64,000 nt of DNA from Candidatus Methylomirabilota bacterium (GCA_035936835.1 DASYVT010000215.1:27394-91393), one strand, 5' to 3'. Counted from the first letter of the stretch, positions 26,960 through 36,740 are shown. Notes: generated by a model from the sequence alone, not told the origin. A program made the numbers and translations.

Positions 26960-28371
26960 CGGCCGGCGTGGACCTGATCGTCCGTGGCGGGCAGGTCGTC
27001 ACCGCCTCCGACGTCGTGGAGACGGCGGTGGCGATCAAGGGAGACCGGATCGTCGCTCTCGGGTCCGAGGCGCTCCTGCCGCCCGCCGATCGGGTCATCG
27101 ACGCCTCCGGCAAGTACGTCCTGCCCGGGCTCATCGACTGCCACCTCCACATCGGGCCGGAGTACGACGACTGGAAGACGGCGCCGCTCGCCGCAGCCCG
27201 CACGGGGCTTACGACGCTCCTGCCCTTCGTCGTGTGCGACGAGGGTGAGACGCTGCCGAAGGCGCTGGTCCGGCTGCGCGAGGAGGCGCAGGCCCTCTCC
27301 GTGCTCGACTTCGGCTTCCACTTCATCCTGAACCACGAGCCGGCGATCCTGGACGGCCTCCCCGAAGCCGTGCGGCTCGGGGTGACCTCGTTCAAGCTGT
27401 TCATGACGTACAAGAAGCGCGGCAAGCGCATGGTCTCCGACGAGTTCATCGCGAAGACGATGGAGCGCCTGAGCCCTCTCGGCGGCCTCTGCCAGCTCCA
27501 CTGCGAGAACGGCGACATCCTCTGCTACCTGGAGGACAAGGCGATCGCCGAGGGCCGCACGGCCCCGACGGACTTCCCCGCAACGTGCCCGGACTGGACG
27601 GAGGAGGAGGCGATCAACCGCGCGATCCTCATCGGGCGGTTGACCGATTGCCCCGTCTATGTCGTTCATCTCTCGACCAAGGTCGGGCTCGAGCGCATCG
27701 TGCGGGCCCAAGGAGACGGGCAGAGGGTGTGGGCGGAGACCTGTCCGCAGTATCTCCTCCTCACGGACACGGAGATGGAGCGCCTGGGGCCCTTCGCGAA
27801 GATCGGTCCGCCGCTCAGGCCCTCCGGCGGTCCCGACCGCGCGGCGCTCTGGGCGGGCTTGGAGCGGGGCTTCGTCTCGACGGTCGCCAGCGATCACTCC
27901 CCTCGGGTGCCGGCCGCCAAGGAGCCGGGATGGAAGAACATCTTCGTCGACGCGGAGGGGAAGCCGATTCCCTTCGGCGCCCCGTCGCTCGAGACACTGG
28001 TGGCGCTCGTCTACACCGAGGGCGTGGCCAACCGTCATCTCCCGATGACCTGGATGGCGCGCGTGCTGTCCGAGAACCCGGCCCGCATCTTCGGCCTCTA
28101 TCCACGCAAGGGCGTGATCCGTGTGGGCGCGGACGCGGACCTCACGATCTGGGACCCCGAGCCGGCGTGGACGATCGAGCGCACGCAGCATCTCGGGATC
28201 GCGGGCTTCACGCCTTACGAGGGCTGGCCGGCGCGCGGCAGGCCGTGGATGACGCTCGTGCGGGGCCAGACGGTGCTCGGCCCCGATGGCGCCATCGAGC
28301 AGAAGCCGGGCTTCGGATGCTACCTGCCGCGGGGCGGGCCGCAGGCTCCCATCGCTGGAAGGGTCCGCTGA
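26956..28371 (+). CDS. D-hydantoinase/dihydropyrimidinase (cyclic amidohydrolase)
   Basis: GLIDCHLHIG HxH motif and carboxylated-Lys context SFKLFMTYK. The start overlaps the upstream stop by 4 nt. Confidence 0.85.
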   Translation: MTAGVDLIVRGGQVVTASDVVETAVAIKGDRIVALGSEALLPPADRVIDASGKYVLPGLIDCHLHIGPEYDDWKTAPLAAARTGLTTLLPFVVCDEGETLPKALVRLREEAQALSVLDFGFHFILNHEPAILDGLPEAVRLGVTSFKLFMTYKKRGKRMVSDEFIAKTMERLSPLGGLCQLHCENGDILCYLEDKAIAEGRTAPTDFPATCPDWTEEEAINRAILIGRLTDCPVYVVHLSTKVGLERIVRAQGDGQRVWAETCPQYLLLTDTEMERLGPFAKIGPPLRPSGGPDRAALWAGLERGFVSTVASDHSPRVPAAKEPGWKNIFVDAEGKPIPFGAPSLETLVALVYTEGVANRHLPMTWMARVLSENPARIFGLYPRKGVIRVGADADLTIWDPEPAWTIERTQHLGIAGFTPYEGWPARGRPWMTLVRGQTVLGPDGAIEQKPGFGCYLPRGGPQAPIAGRVR

Positions 28372-29765
28372 TGGACTACCTGGACCGCCTCGCTCGCTTC
28401 GTGGAGGAGACGCGGCTCCCGGCGCTGCCGGCGAGCGCGATCGCCGCCGGGAAGCTCGTGCTGCTCGACACGCTCGGGGCGATCGTGGCAGGGAGCGCGC
28501 TCGACGAGAACCGGCGTCTCGCCGGACTCGCCGCCGCGCGCGCGCGGCACGGCGAGGCCACGCTGCTCGGCCACAACGAGAAGGCCGACGCCTACTGGGC
28601 GGCGCTGACCAACGCGACGGCGGGGGTAGCGCTCGAGGTGGACGAGGGGAACCGCCTGGGCGGCGGCCATCCCGCCATCCATGTGGTGCCGGGCGTTCTT
28701 GCCATGGCGGAAGAGCGGCAGCTCGGCGGGGGCCGGCTGCTCGAGGCGCTGATCGCGGGCTACGAGGTCGGCTCGCGCCTCGGCGGCGCCACCACCGTCC
28801 GTCCCAACGTGCACTCGCACGGCACGTGGGGGACGATCAGCACGGCGGCTGCCGTCGCCGCGCTAGAGGGCGCTCCGGCGACGACGGTGCGAGAGGTGAT
28901 GAACCTCGCGGCGTCGATGAGCCCCGCGAACACGTGGACGCCCGCGCTCGAAGGGGCGACGATCCGCAACCTCTACCCCGGGCGCGCCGCCTTCCAGGGC
29001 ATCCTGGCCGTCGACCTGCAGCGCGCCGGCTTCACCGGGCTCTCCGACGCGCCCTCCGACGTGTACGGCACGATCCTGGCCGAGCGCTTTGACGGCGCCC
29101 TCGCGCTCGAGGGACTCGGCGAGCGATACCGCATCGAGCAGAATTATTTCAAGCTCCACGCCTGCTGCCGATTCAACCACTTCGCCCTCGACACGGTGAT
29201 GGCGCTCGCGCGCGACCATCGGCTCGCCTGGGACGAGGTGACGAAGGTCCAGGTGACCACGATCCCGTTCGGCCTCCGCATGGCCGATCCCGCGCCGACG
29301 AGCCGGCTCGCGGCGAAGTTCTCGATTCCGTGGGCGGTGGCGGCGGCGCTCGTGCTCGGCCGGGCGGACCTCGCCGCCTTCGAGCCCGCCGTCCTCGACG
29401 ACGCCCGGATCCGCGCGCTCGCCCGGCGGGTCGAGGTCACGGCCGATGCCGAAATGTCGCCGCGGCGCACCGACCATCCCACCGCCCACGTGCGCATCAC
29501 GCTCCGCGACGGGCGGGCGCTCATGGCCTCGACCACCGTGGTCCGCGGCGATGCGGTGGACCCGGTCCCGGAGTCGGAGATCGTGGAGAAGTTCGCCGCG
29601 CTGACGGCGCCGGTGCTCGGCGACGCCCAGGCCCGCCGGGTGGTGGAGGCGGTCCACGAGATCGAGACTCTCAAGGACGTGCGCGACCTCGGCGCGCTCC
29701 TGGTCCCCGCGCTCCGAACCCCTTTCCGCATCCCCCCGGTTCGCATCCAAGGAGGCTCATTATGA
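28371..29765 (+). CDS. MmgE/PrpD family protein (2-methylcitrate dehydratase-like)
   Basis: MmgE/PrpD-like composition (HVVPGVLAMAEE, KLHACCRFNH). Confidence 0.75.
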   Translation: MDYLDRLARFVEETRLPALPASAIAAGKLVLLDTLGAIVAGSALDENRRLAGLAAARARHGEATLLGHNEKADAYWAALTNATAGVALEVDEGNRLGGGHPAIHVVPGVLAMAEERQLGGGRLLEALIAGYEVGSRLGGATTVRPNVHSHGTWGTISTAAAVAALEGAPATTVREVMNLAASMSPANTWTPALEGATIRNLYPGRAAFQGILAVDLQRAGFTGLSDAPSDVYGTILAERFDGALALEGLGERYRIEQNYFKLHACCRFNHFALDTVMALARDHRLAWDEVTKVQVTTIPFGLRMADPAPTSRLAAKFSIPWAVAAALVLGRADLAAFEPAVLDDARIRALARRVEVTADAEMSPRRTDHPTAHVRITLRDGRALMASTTVVRGDAVDPVPESEIVEKFAALTAPVLGDAQARRVVEAVHEIETLKDVRDLGALLVPALRTPFRIPPVRIQGGSL

Positions 29766-30622
29766 TGCAACGTCGCTTTGCCGCCATTGCGGTGGCAGCT
29801 CTTCTCTGCGCGGGTCCCGCGCTCGCCCCCGTATTCGCCCAAGACAAACTTCCACCGCTCAAGACCGGCGTCGACGGCACCTTCGCCCCGCACGCCATGC
29901 CCAAGCTGGGCGGCGGCGTCGAGGGCTTCCAGATCGACCTCTTCACCGAGGTCGCGCGCCGCATGAAGCGCGAGATCACGATCGACGCAGTGAGCTTCTC
30001 GACCCTGATTCCGGGCATGCAGTCCGGCCGCTACGACTTCATCGCCGCGCCGACGACGGTGACCAAGGAGCGGGCGGAGAACATGCTGTTCACCGCGGGG
30101 TACCTGTGGACCGCGTACCAGTTCGGCATCAAGAAAGGCTCGGCGCCGATCAAGGACTGGGCCGATCTCAAGGGCAAGTCGGTGGCCGTCAACAAGGGCA
30201 CGCCCTACGAGACGCTGTCCAAGGCTAAGGGCGCCGAGCTCGGCTTCACGGTGCAGGCCTATGACACCCAGCCGGACGCCACGCAGGCGGTCCTCTCGGG
30301 CCGCGCCTATGCGACTCTCGGCGGCAACACCACCATCGTCTACGCCGCGTCGAAGAACCCGCAGTTCGTGGCCGACCTCGAGCTCACGGACACGCGCGCC
30401 CACTGGGCGGCGCCGGTGCCCAAGAACAACCCGAAGCTCCGCGCCGAGCTCCAGGATGCGCTCGACTGCATGAAGAAGGACGGCACGATCGCCAGGCTTT
30501 CCGAGAAGTGGTTTGGCCGCAAGCCGCCGGCCGACGGCCTCGAGGTGGTCATCACGCCGGGCTACGGCCCGCCGGGCATGCCGGGCTACGACCCGACGCC
30601 GCACGAGCTCCACTGCAACTGA
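29762..30622 (+). CDS. Polar amino-acid ABC transporter substrate-binding protein (family 3)
   Basis: Signal peptide and SBP_bac_3-like pattern (GFQIDLFTEVARRM). An AAGGAGG RBS precedes it. Confidence 0.8.
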   Translation: MMQRRFAAIAVAALLCAGPALAPVFAQDKLPPLKTGVDGTFAPHAMPKLGGGVEGFQIDLFTEVARRMKREITIDAVSFSTLIPGMQSGRYDFIAAPTTVTKERAENMLFTAGYLWTAYQFGIKKGSAPIKDWADLKGKSVAVNKGTPYETLSKAKGAELGFTVQAYDTQPDATQAVLSGRAYATLGGNTTIVYAASKNPQFVADLELTDTRAHWAAPVPKNNPKLRAELQDALDCMKKDGTIARLSEKWFGRKPPADGLEVVITPGYGPPGMPGYDPTPHELHCN

Positions 30623-30652
30623 CCTGAGCGCCAGTGCAACTGACCTGAGCAG

Positions 30653-31393
30653 ATGAACACGCCGATCGTCGACGCGCGCGGCATCCACAAGCATTTCGGC
30701 GCCCTTCACGTTCTGAAGGGCGTCGATTTGAGAGTGGCCGAACGCGAGCTGGTGTTCATCATCGGACCGTCGGGCTCGGGCAAGTCGACCCTGCTGCGCT
30801 GCCTCAACCGGCTGGAGGAGCCGTCCTCCGGCAGCGTCGTGGTGGACGGCATCGACATGCTCGACCCGCGGACCGACATCAATCATGCCCGCCAGCGCAT
30901 CGGCATGGTGTTCCAGTCCTTCAACCTCTATCCGCACATGACGGCGCTCGGCAACGTGACGCTCGCGCTCCGCAAGGTCGCGGGCAAGTCGCGCGCCGGG
31001 GCCGACGCGTTGGGCCAGGCGGCACTGGAGCGGGTCGGCCTCGGCGACCGCGCCGGCCACACGCCGGGCCAGCTCTCGGGCGGCCAGCAGCAGCGGGTTG
31101 CCATCGCGCGCTCGATCGCGCTCGAGCCCCGGGTCATGCTGTTCGACGAGCCGACCAGCGCGCTCGATCCGGAGCTGGTGGGCTCGGTGCTCGAGGTCAT
31201 GCGCTCCTTGCGCGAAAGCGGCATGACCATGATCGTGGTCAGCCACGAGATGGGCTTTGCCCGCAACGCCGCCGACCGGGTCGTGTTCATGGACGAGGGC
31301 GCCATCGTGGAGCAGGGGCCGCCCGCCGCGATCTTCGAGAACCCGGCCCACGAGCGCACGCGCACCTTCATCGGCCAGATCCAGCGGCACTGA
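30653..31393 (+). CDS. Amino-acid ABC transporter ATP-binding protein (GlnQ/HisP-like)
   Basis: Walker A GPSGSGKST, signature LSGGQQQRVAIARS and Walker B LFDEPTSALD. Confidence 0.9.
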   Translation: MNTPIVDARGIHKHFGALHVLKGVDLRVAERELVFIIGPSGSGKSTLLRCLNRLEEPSSGSVVVDGIDMLDPRTDINHARQRIGMVFQSFNLYPHMTALGNVTLALRKVAGKSRAGADALGQAALERVGLGDRAGHTPGQLSGGQQQRVAIARSIALEPRVMLFDEPTSALDPELVGSVLEVMRSLRESGMTMIVVSHEMGFARNAADRVVFMDEGAIVEQGPPAAIFENPAHERTRTFIGQIQRH

Positions 31394-31398
31394 GAGGC

Positions 31399-32079
31399 TT
31401 GTCGAACTGGGACCGCTTCACCGATACGTTCTTCAACGCCAAGGTCATGCTCAAGTACCTGCCGGACATCCTGTCCGGCGTGGTGGTCACGATCGAGCTT
31501 GCCCTCCTCATCGTCGTCACGGGCATTGCCGCCGGCCTGGCACTGGCGCTGCTCAGAAGCCTCGCCATCCGGCCGCTCAACTGGCTGATCATCTTCATCG
31601 TCGACCTGTTCCGCTCGCTGCCGCCGCTGGTCGTCATCGTGCTGATCTATTTCGGCCTGCCCAGCGTCAACCTCTCGCCCTCTGGCTTCGTCTCCACCTG
31701 GCTGTCGCTCGCCTTCGTGCTGATGGCCTTCTCCGAGGAGATCTTCTGGGCCGGCATCACCTCGGTGGCCAAGGGCCAGTGGGAGGCCGCGCGCTCGACC
31801 GGCTTGTCGTTCGGCCAGACCCTGATGAACGTCGTGCTGCCGCAGGCATTCCGGCTGACCATCCCGCCGCTCACCAACCGCACCATCGCCATCACCAAGG
31901 GCACCTCGCTCGGCACCGTCGTCGCCGTCACCGAGATCCTGGGGCAGGCGAGCTCGGCGATGTCCAATTCCTACAATCCCTCGCCGCTGATGATGGGCGC
32001 CGCGGCCTACATCGTGCTGTTCCTCCCCGTCGTCGTGGCGGCCCGCTGGGTCGAGACCAAGTTCGCGTGGAAGCGATGA
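31399..32079 (+). CDS. Amino-acid ABC transporter permease (HisM/GlnP-like)
   Basis: Polar-aa permease with an EAA loop (EAARSTGLSFGQTLMNVVLPQA). Confidence 0.85.
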   Translation: MSNWDRFTDTFFNAKVMLKYLPDILSGVVVTIELALLIVVTGIAAGLALALLRSLAIRPLNWLIIFIVDLFRSLPPLVVIVLIYFGLPSVNLSPSGFVSTWLSLAFVLMAFSEEIFWAGITSVAKGQWEAARSTGLSFGQTLMNVVLPQAFRLTIPPLTNRTIAITKGTSLGTVVAVTEILGQASSAMSNSYNPSPLMMGAAAYIVLFLPVVVAARWVETKFAWKR

Positions 32080-32738
32080 TCGAGACCTTCTTCAACCTGG
32101 AGATCATCGCCGCTTCCTGGCCGATCGTGCTGGCGGGGCTGAGGAACACCGTGCTGCTGTCGCTGCTCGTGGTGCCGCTCGGCCTGTTCGGCGGGCTGAT
32201 CCTGGCGCTGCTGGCGAGCGTGAAGCATCCGGCGATCCGCTGGCCGCTGATGGCCTGGGTCGATTTCTTCCGCGCCTTTCCGCCCTTGGTGCTGCTTATC
32301 TTATTATTCGCCGGACTGCCGTTCGCAGGGCTGGAGCTGAGCGGCTTCGTCTGCGTGGCAGTCGCCTTCTTCCTCAACACCGGCGCCTACTACGGCGAGA
32401 TCCTGAGGGCGGGAATCGATTCCGTGCCGGCCGGCCAGGTCGAGGCCGCGCGCTCCACCGGCCTCTCCCGCCTGCAGGCCATGGCCTACGTCGTGCTGCC
32501 CCAGGCGGTGCGCAACGTGCTGCCCGACCTGCTCTCCAACACGCTCGAGGTGGTGAAGCTCACCTCGCTCGGCAGCGTGGTGGCCGTGCCCGAACTCCTC
32601 TACCAGGCGCGTCAGGCGCAGAGCATCACCTACAACCCGACGCCCATCGTAGTGGCGGCGATCATCTACTTCCTGATGCTATGGCCCGTGGTGCGGCTCT
32701 TGAGCCGGCTGGAGAACCGCGCACTCGCCGGACGGTAG
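32076..32738 (+). CDS. Amino-acid ABC transporter permease (second subunit)
   Basis: EAA loop EAARSTGLSRLQAMAYVVLPQA. The start overlaps the upstream stop by 4 nt. Confidence 0.85.
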   Translation: MIETFFNLEIIAASWPIVLAGLRNTVLLSLLVVPLGLFGGLILALLASVKHPAIRWPLMAWVDFFRAFPPLVLLILLFAGLPFAGLELSGFVCVAVAFFLNTGAYYGEILRAGIDSVPAGQVEAARSTGLSRLQAMAYVVLPQAVRNVLPDLLSNTLEVVKLTSLGSVVAVPELLYQARQAQSITYNPTPIVVAAIIYFLMLWPVVRLLSRLENRALAGR

Positions 32739-32779
32739 CGTTCTCATCCCTCCCGCCATGACGCTGAATGGATGGGCCC

Positions 32780-33055
32780 TCAGGGACGCGAGCGCGGCCG
32801 GGCCGCGCGCCGTGGCGCGAGCCGGTGCGCGGCGACCGCCGCCGGGACGCTCCGCTCGCGCAGTCGCCGCTGCAGCAGCTGACGGAATCCCGGGTGGTGC
32901 TCGACGAGCCGATCGATCAAATCGTCACCCTCCTTCAGCGGCACGAGTTGGAACGCGGGTCTTCCGTTGACGGTCACTACCACCGGTTCGTCATGGCAGC
33001 GATGAGCGTATTCACTCAGGTGCGCTTTTGCTTCACTAAGTGGGATCACTTTCAT
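32780..33055 (-). CDS. Phd/YefM family antitoxin (apparently orphan, with an Arg/Pro-rich C-terminal tail)
   Basis: MKVIPLSEAKAHLSEYAHRCHDEPVVVTVNGRPAFQLVPLKE, preceded by an AGGAGG RBS. No toxin ORF was found adjacent. Confidence 0.65.
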   Translation of the reverse strand: MKVIPLSEAKAHLSEYAHRCHDEPVVVTVNGRPAFQLVPLKEGDDLIDRLVEHHPGFRQLLQRRLRERSVPAAVAAHRLAPRRAARPRSRP

Positions 33056-33165
33056 GATGTTCTGTGAACCTCCTGCCCTGCACGATGAGGGCGTTTCCGC
33101 GCTTCTCGCCCACGAGGACAATAGTCACGCGCTGCTGCGGCCGCCGCAGCTCGGGCTGGGCCACC

Positions 33166-33194
33166 AGATTAGAGCGGACCAGAATTCTGGTCAA
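33166..33194 (-). promoter_or_regulatory. Putative sigma70 promoter (TTGACC-N17-TAATCT, minus strand) overlapping a perfect 16 bp palindrome GACCAGAATTCTGGTC
   Basis: Read on the minus strand it is cTTGACCagaattctggtccgctcTAATCT, about 100 nt upstream of the phd ATG. The palindrome spans the -35 and spacer. Confidence 0.4.
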
Positions 33195-33212
33195 GCCATC
33201 CGTCCAGAGCCG

Positions 33213-34688
33213 TTAGCGCCTAGCTAGATGGCGGAGACGCTCCAAGAGCTTTACCAGCCCCCACGTGTCCTGGCCGCAGTAGCGGAGGAGATCGCCCCGG
33301 AGGTGTGCCTTCACCTCCGGCGTTAGATCCGCCTCCTGGAACAGCAAATGCTCGAGCTCGAGGCTGGCCGTCTCGCCGTCGCCGATCGCCAGGGTGTCAT
33401 AGCGGAGCTCGGGCACCATGGCCGGCAGGACGCTCTTGAGGCTGAAGCTGCCGCCGAAGTCCGGGTGATAGACGTGATTGCGCACCAGTGGGAGCAGATC
33501 CACCAGCCCGTCCGCGATGCGCCGAAGCGGCCCGGCCAGGGCAGGCAGCGCGTCGGCCATCTGCAACAGACACCGGCGCTCGAACGATGCGTTGTAGACC
33601 ACCACGCTGCGCGCGGGCTCGCAGGCGCGGATCAGCCGCTCGGCCAGCGCCGGGCGCGGATCGCCGGGTCCATCGGCCAGCCACTCGTGGTGGGTGACGC
33701 GACCGCCGGCCTCTTCCACGTGGCAGCTGAACTGGACGGGCACTGGCTCCCAGGGATGGCAACCGTTCCAGATTGGAATGGGCAGGCCGACGGTCTCGAA
33801 ATCGAGATACGCCAGCGGCGGTTGGAAAATCCGAAGCGCAGCGGCCAATGTGGAATCGACGATCAGCTGCCCGCTCTGGACGGCGCGGCGCTGCCTGCCC
33901 TGGATCGCTTTGAGCTCGATGTCCTCGGGTAGGTCGTGAAGCGTCGCGTAGCCCTGCTCCTCGAGCTCGCGGGCTCGCGCCCCGCCGCGGTAGAGCGTGC
34001 TGACATGATGCGGCGGCAGCACCGGCCAGCAGCGGGCCATGAAGGGACACTCGTAGGGTTTCGTGCAGTGGTCGCCGATCGCCACGTCGGGGAGCGGGCC
34101 GGCCAGCATCGCCAGCTGGCCCTGGATCACGGCGGGCATCGCCTCGAGCGCCTCGTGAGCCTGCTCCGTCACATCTGAGCGGGTGAAGAGATTGCTCAGG
34201 TCCGGATACGCGCAGGCCTTGTTGAGGTGCATGATCTCGAGCCGCGAGGCCCCGACCCCGCTGCGGCGCACCACGTGCGCCTGCACCGCCACGTCGGGCA
34301 CGTGCTCTTCCTTCACGCTATTGCTGGACTTCACCTCGATGACGCCGGCGCGCGCCGACGGATGCTCCAGGATGTCCACCGAGACGAAGACCTGGCCGGC
34401 GCGGAACGCGGCCTCGTAGATGACCGGCGCCCCGCCTTGAAGGGCCGCTTCGGTGGCCGTGATGCGTTCGTCATAGGCCCGGTACGGCAGGTCGATCAGC
34501 ACGCCGCCAGGCACATATGCCCGCGCCACTATGCCGATCCGGATGCCCACGTCGAACCTGTGCTGGAGCACGTTGTCTGGCGTGAGCTCTGGCGCGGCCG
34601 GCTCGTGCACGGTCCACCAGAGCCGCTTGTGACACTGGAGCCCCGCCATCACGCGGGACTTGGAAAGCCGTATCGCGCCGGGAGGCAT
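33213..34688 (-). CDS. DUF2779 domain protein with an N-terminal RecB/Cas4-like PD-(D/E)xK nuclease domain
   Basis: N-terminus IRLSKSRVMAGLQCHKRLWW. The nuclease core is DILEHPSARAGVIEVKSSNSVKEEHVPDVAVQ. The DUF2779 C-terminus is YDTLAIGDGETAS...YCGQDTWGLVKLLERL. Confidence 0.7.
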   Translation of the reverse strand: MPPGAIRLSKSRVMAGLQCHKRLWWTVHEPAAPELTPDNVLQHRFDVGIRIGIVARAYVPGGVLIDLPYRAYDERITATEAALQGGAPVIYEAAFRAGQVFVSVDILEHPSARAGVIEVKSSNSVKEEHVPDVAVQAHVVRRSGVGASRLEIMHLNKACAYPDLSNLFTRSDVTEQAHEALEAMPAVIQGQLAMLAGPLPDVAIGDHCTKPYECPFMARCWPVLPPHHVSTLYRGGARARELEEQGYATLHDLPEDIELKAIQGRQRRAVQSGQLIVDSTLAAALRIFQPPLAYLDFETVGLPIPIWNGCHPWEPVPVQFSCHVEEAGGRVTHHEWLADGPGDPRPALAERLIRACEPARSVVVYNASFERRCLLQMADALPALAGPLRRIADGLVDLLPLVRNHVYHPDFGGSFSLKSVLPAMVPELRYDTLAIGDGETASLELEHLLFQEADLTPEVKAHLRGDLLRYCGQDTWGLVKLLERLRHLARR

Positions 34689-34781
34689 GGCAGGAGCATA
34701 CAGCAGCCGCTGCAGAGGGCGGTCGCGCCCTTGACAACTCCCCTGTCCCCGGAGCAGGATCGCCGCGGGCGTCGTGGATGA

Positions 34782-34851
34782 CCCTCGACCCGCGACACAA
34801 GTCACCAAGGAGTCCACACCGATGAGCTCGATCTGGATGAAGCCGATCGAC
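34782..34851 (+). repeat. Segmental duplicate (about 70 bp, roughly 90% identical) of the dppC 3' end and downstream region at 43051-43119
   Basis: ccctcgacccgcgacacaagtcaccaaggagtccacaccgatgagctcgatctggatgaagccgatcgac. The other copy is ccctcgacccgcgacaccagtgaccaaggcgtcctcaccgacgagctcgatctggatgaagccgtcgac. Confidence 0.6.
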
Positions 34852-35847
34852 ACGCCCAAGGCCTGGCGGGGCGCGACTCTCGCCGCGCAGACTTCGTGGA
34901 TCCTCACGCTGACCGAGGCCGAGATCGCCGACGTCGATCGTGCTCTGGCCACGGCCAGGGCGACGGGACGGCCGCTCGAGGACATCCAGCGCGAGCACTT
35001 CCCGCTCACGGTGATGCAGCCACGGCTGGCGCAGACGCTCACCGAGCTGTACGACGGCCGCGGCTTCATCGTGGTGCGCGGCCTGCCCGTCCAGCGCTAC
35101 AGCGATGATGATGTCGGCCTCATCTTCTGGGGCCTCGGCCGCTATCTCGGCGGGCCGCTCTACCAGAACCCGCAGGGCGAGCTGCTCGGCCACGTCTACG
35201 ATCACGGCCGGACCTACGGCAATATCGACGTGCGCGGTTACGAGACGAACGCCTACCTGCCGTACCACACGGACGCCGGCGACATGGTAGGCCTGCTCTG
35301 CCTGCGCCGGGGGTTCGAGGGCGGGCTGAGCAGCATCGTGAGCTCGGTGACGGTCCACAACGAGATCCTCGCGCAGCATCCCGAGTATCTCGGCCTGCTC
35401 TACAACGGCTTCTACTACATCCGTCGCGAGGCGGCGCTGACCGAGCGCGGCGTGTCCGAGCGGCCGATCCCCGTGTTCGGCAACAAGGACGGGGTCGTGA
35501 GCTGCCGCTACATCCGCAACCAGATCAATGCCGGCGCGGCGAAGCGCGGGGTGGAGCTGACGACCTTCGAGAAGGCGGCGCTCGACTTCCTCGACGAGCA
35601 GACGCGACGCGCCGACTTGCGGCTGGACATGGACCTGCAGCCGGGTGACATCCAGTTCATCAACAACTACACGATCCTGCACTCGCGCACCGAGTTCGTG
35701 GACGGCGCCGAGCCGCACCAGAAGCGGCACATGCTGCGCCTGTGGCTCAAGTTCCCGAATCCGTGGCCGCTCAGCGCGGAGTTTCCCACGCACCTCGGCT
35801 ACAAGCCGGCGCAGGACACGCCCGTCCTCATCGAGGCGGAGGCCTGA
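34822..35847 (+). CDS. TauD/TfdA family Fe(II)/2-oxoglutarate-dependent dioxygenase
   Basis: HTDAGDM (HxD) and a distal His in a TfdA-like fold. An AAGGAG RBS precedes it. Confidence 0.8.
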   Translation: MSSIWMKPIDTPKAWRGATLAAQTSWILTLTEAEIADVDRALATARATGRPLEDIQREHFPLTVMQPRLAQTLTELYDGRGFIVVRGLPVQRYSDDDVGLIFWGLGRYLGGPLYQNPQGELLGHVYDHGRTYGNIDVRGYETNAYLPYHTDAGDMVGLLCLRRGFEGGLSSIVSSVTVHNEILAQHPEYLGLLYNGFYYIRREAALTERGVSERPIPVFGNKDGVVSCRYIRNQINAGAAKRGVELTTFEKAALDFLDEQTRRADLRLDMDLQPGDIQFINNYTILHSRTEFVDGAEPHQKRHMLRLWLKFPNPWPLSAEFPTHLGYKPAQDTPVLIEAEA

Positions 35848-35852
35848 TCGCC

Positions 35853-36701
35853 ATGCCCAAGGTCCTCACCGGAGCCCAGGTCCGCAGCTTCGAGCAGCAG
35901 GGGTTCCTGTCTCCCGTGCGCACGATGAGCACGGAGCGCGCCGCCGCGTATCGCGCGCGCTTCGAGTCGCTGGAGACGCGCTTCCCCGACGACATCAAGA
36001 AGATGAAGACGAAGTCGCACCTGCTCTGCCCGTGGGTGCTCGACATCGCCGAGGATCCGCACGTCCTCGACATCTTCGAGGACCTGATCGGCCCCAACCT
36101 TCGCTGCTGGAGCATGGCCTGGCGCGTGAAGAAGGCCGACGGGCAGACGTTCGCAGGCTGGCACCAGGACTCGGCGTACGGCGCGGCGCTCCCCGTCGTG
36201 CTGGGCGCCCTCGCGCTCTCGGACTGCGGAACGACCAACGGCTGCCTGCGCGGCATTCCCGGCTCGCACAAGTGGGGTATCCTCAAGCACGAGGAGAGCG
36301 ACGATCCCCGGAGCATCCTGGCCCGGGGCCAGTACATCAGCCAGCCGTTCGACGAGTCCAAGGCGGTGGACTTCGTGCTGAAGGCCGGCGAGATGGCGAT
36401 GTTCGACAACTCGCTCGTGCACGGCTCCGGGACCAACTTCGGTCCCGACCGCCGCTTCCTGCTGCTGGTCGAGATGCTGCCGACGTGGGCCAAGCCGCCG
36501 CGCATCCGCCAGTCAGCGCTACTGCTGCGCGGCACCGACACGTACGGCAACTTCGACGACGAGCAGCGCCCCGACGGCGAGTGGACCGAGCGGGCCGTCG
36601 CGAACTGGTCCGGCGTCGTCAACGCGCGCGCCCGGCTCATCTTCGAGGACAGCAAGATCGGCCCGAGCGTGGCCTACGGCGGCAAGCGTCCGGCGACATG
36701 A
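35853..36701 (+). CDS. Phytanoyl-CoA dioxygenase (PhyH) family protein
   Basis: GWHQDSAY (HxD) and NSLVHGSGTN motifs. Confidence 0.8.
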   Translation: MPKVLTGAQVRSFEQQGFLSPVRTMSTERAAAYRARFESLETRFPDDIKKMKTKSHLLCPWVLDIAEDPHVLDIFEDLIGPNLRCWSMAWRVKKADGQTFAGWHQDSAYGAALPVVLGALALSDCGTTNGCLRGIPGSHKWGILKHEESDDPRSILARGQYISQPFDESKAVDFVLKAGEMAMFDNSLVHGSGTNFGPDRRFLLLVEMLPTWAKPPRIRQSALLLRGTDTYGNFDDEQRPDGEWTERAVANWSGVVNARARLIFEDSKIGPSVAYGGKRPAT

Positions 36702-36740
36702 GCGCCGCCCCTTTCGCCTCACTGTGAGGGCCGGTCTCTG

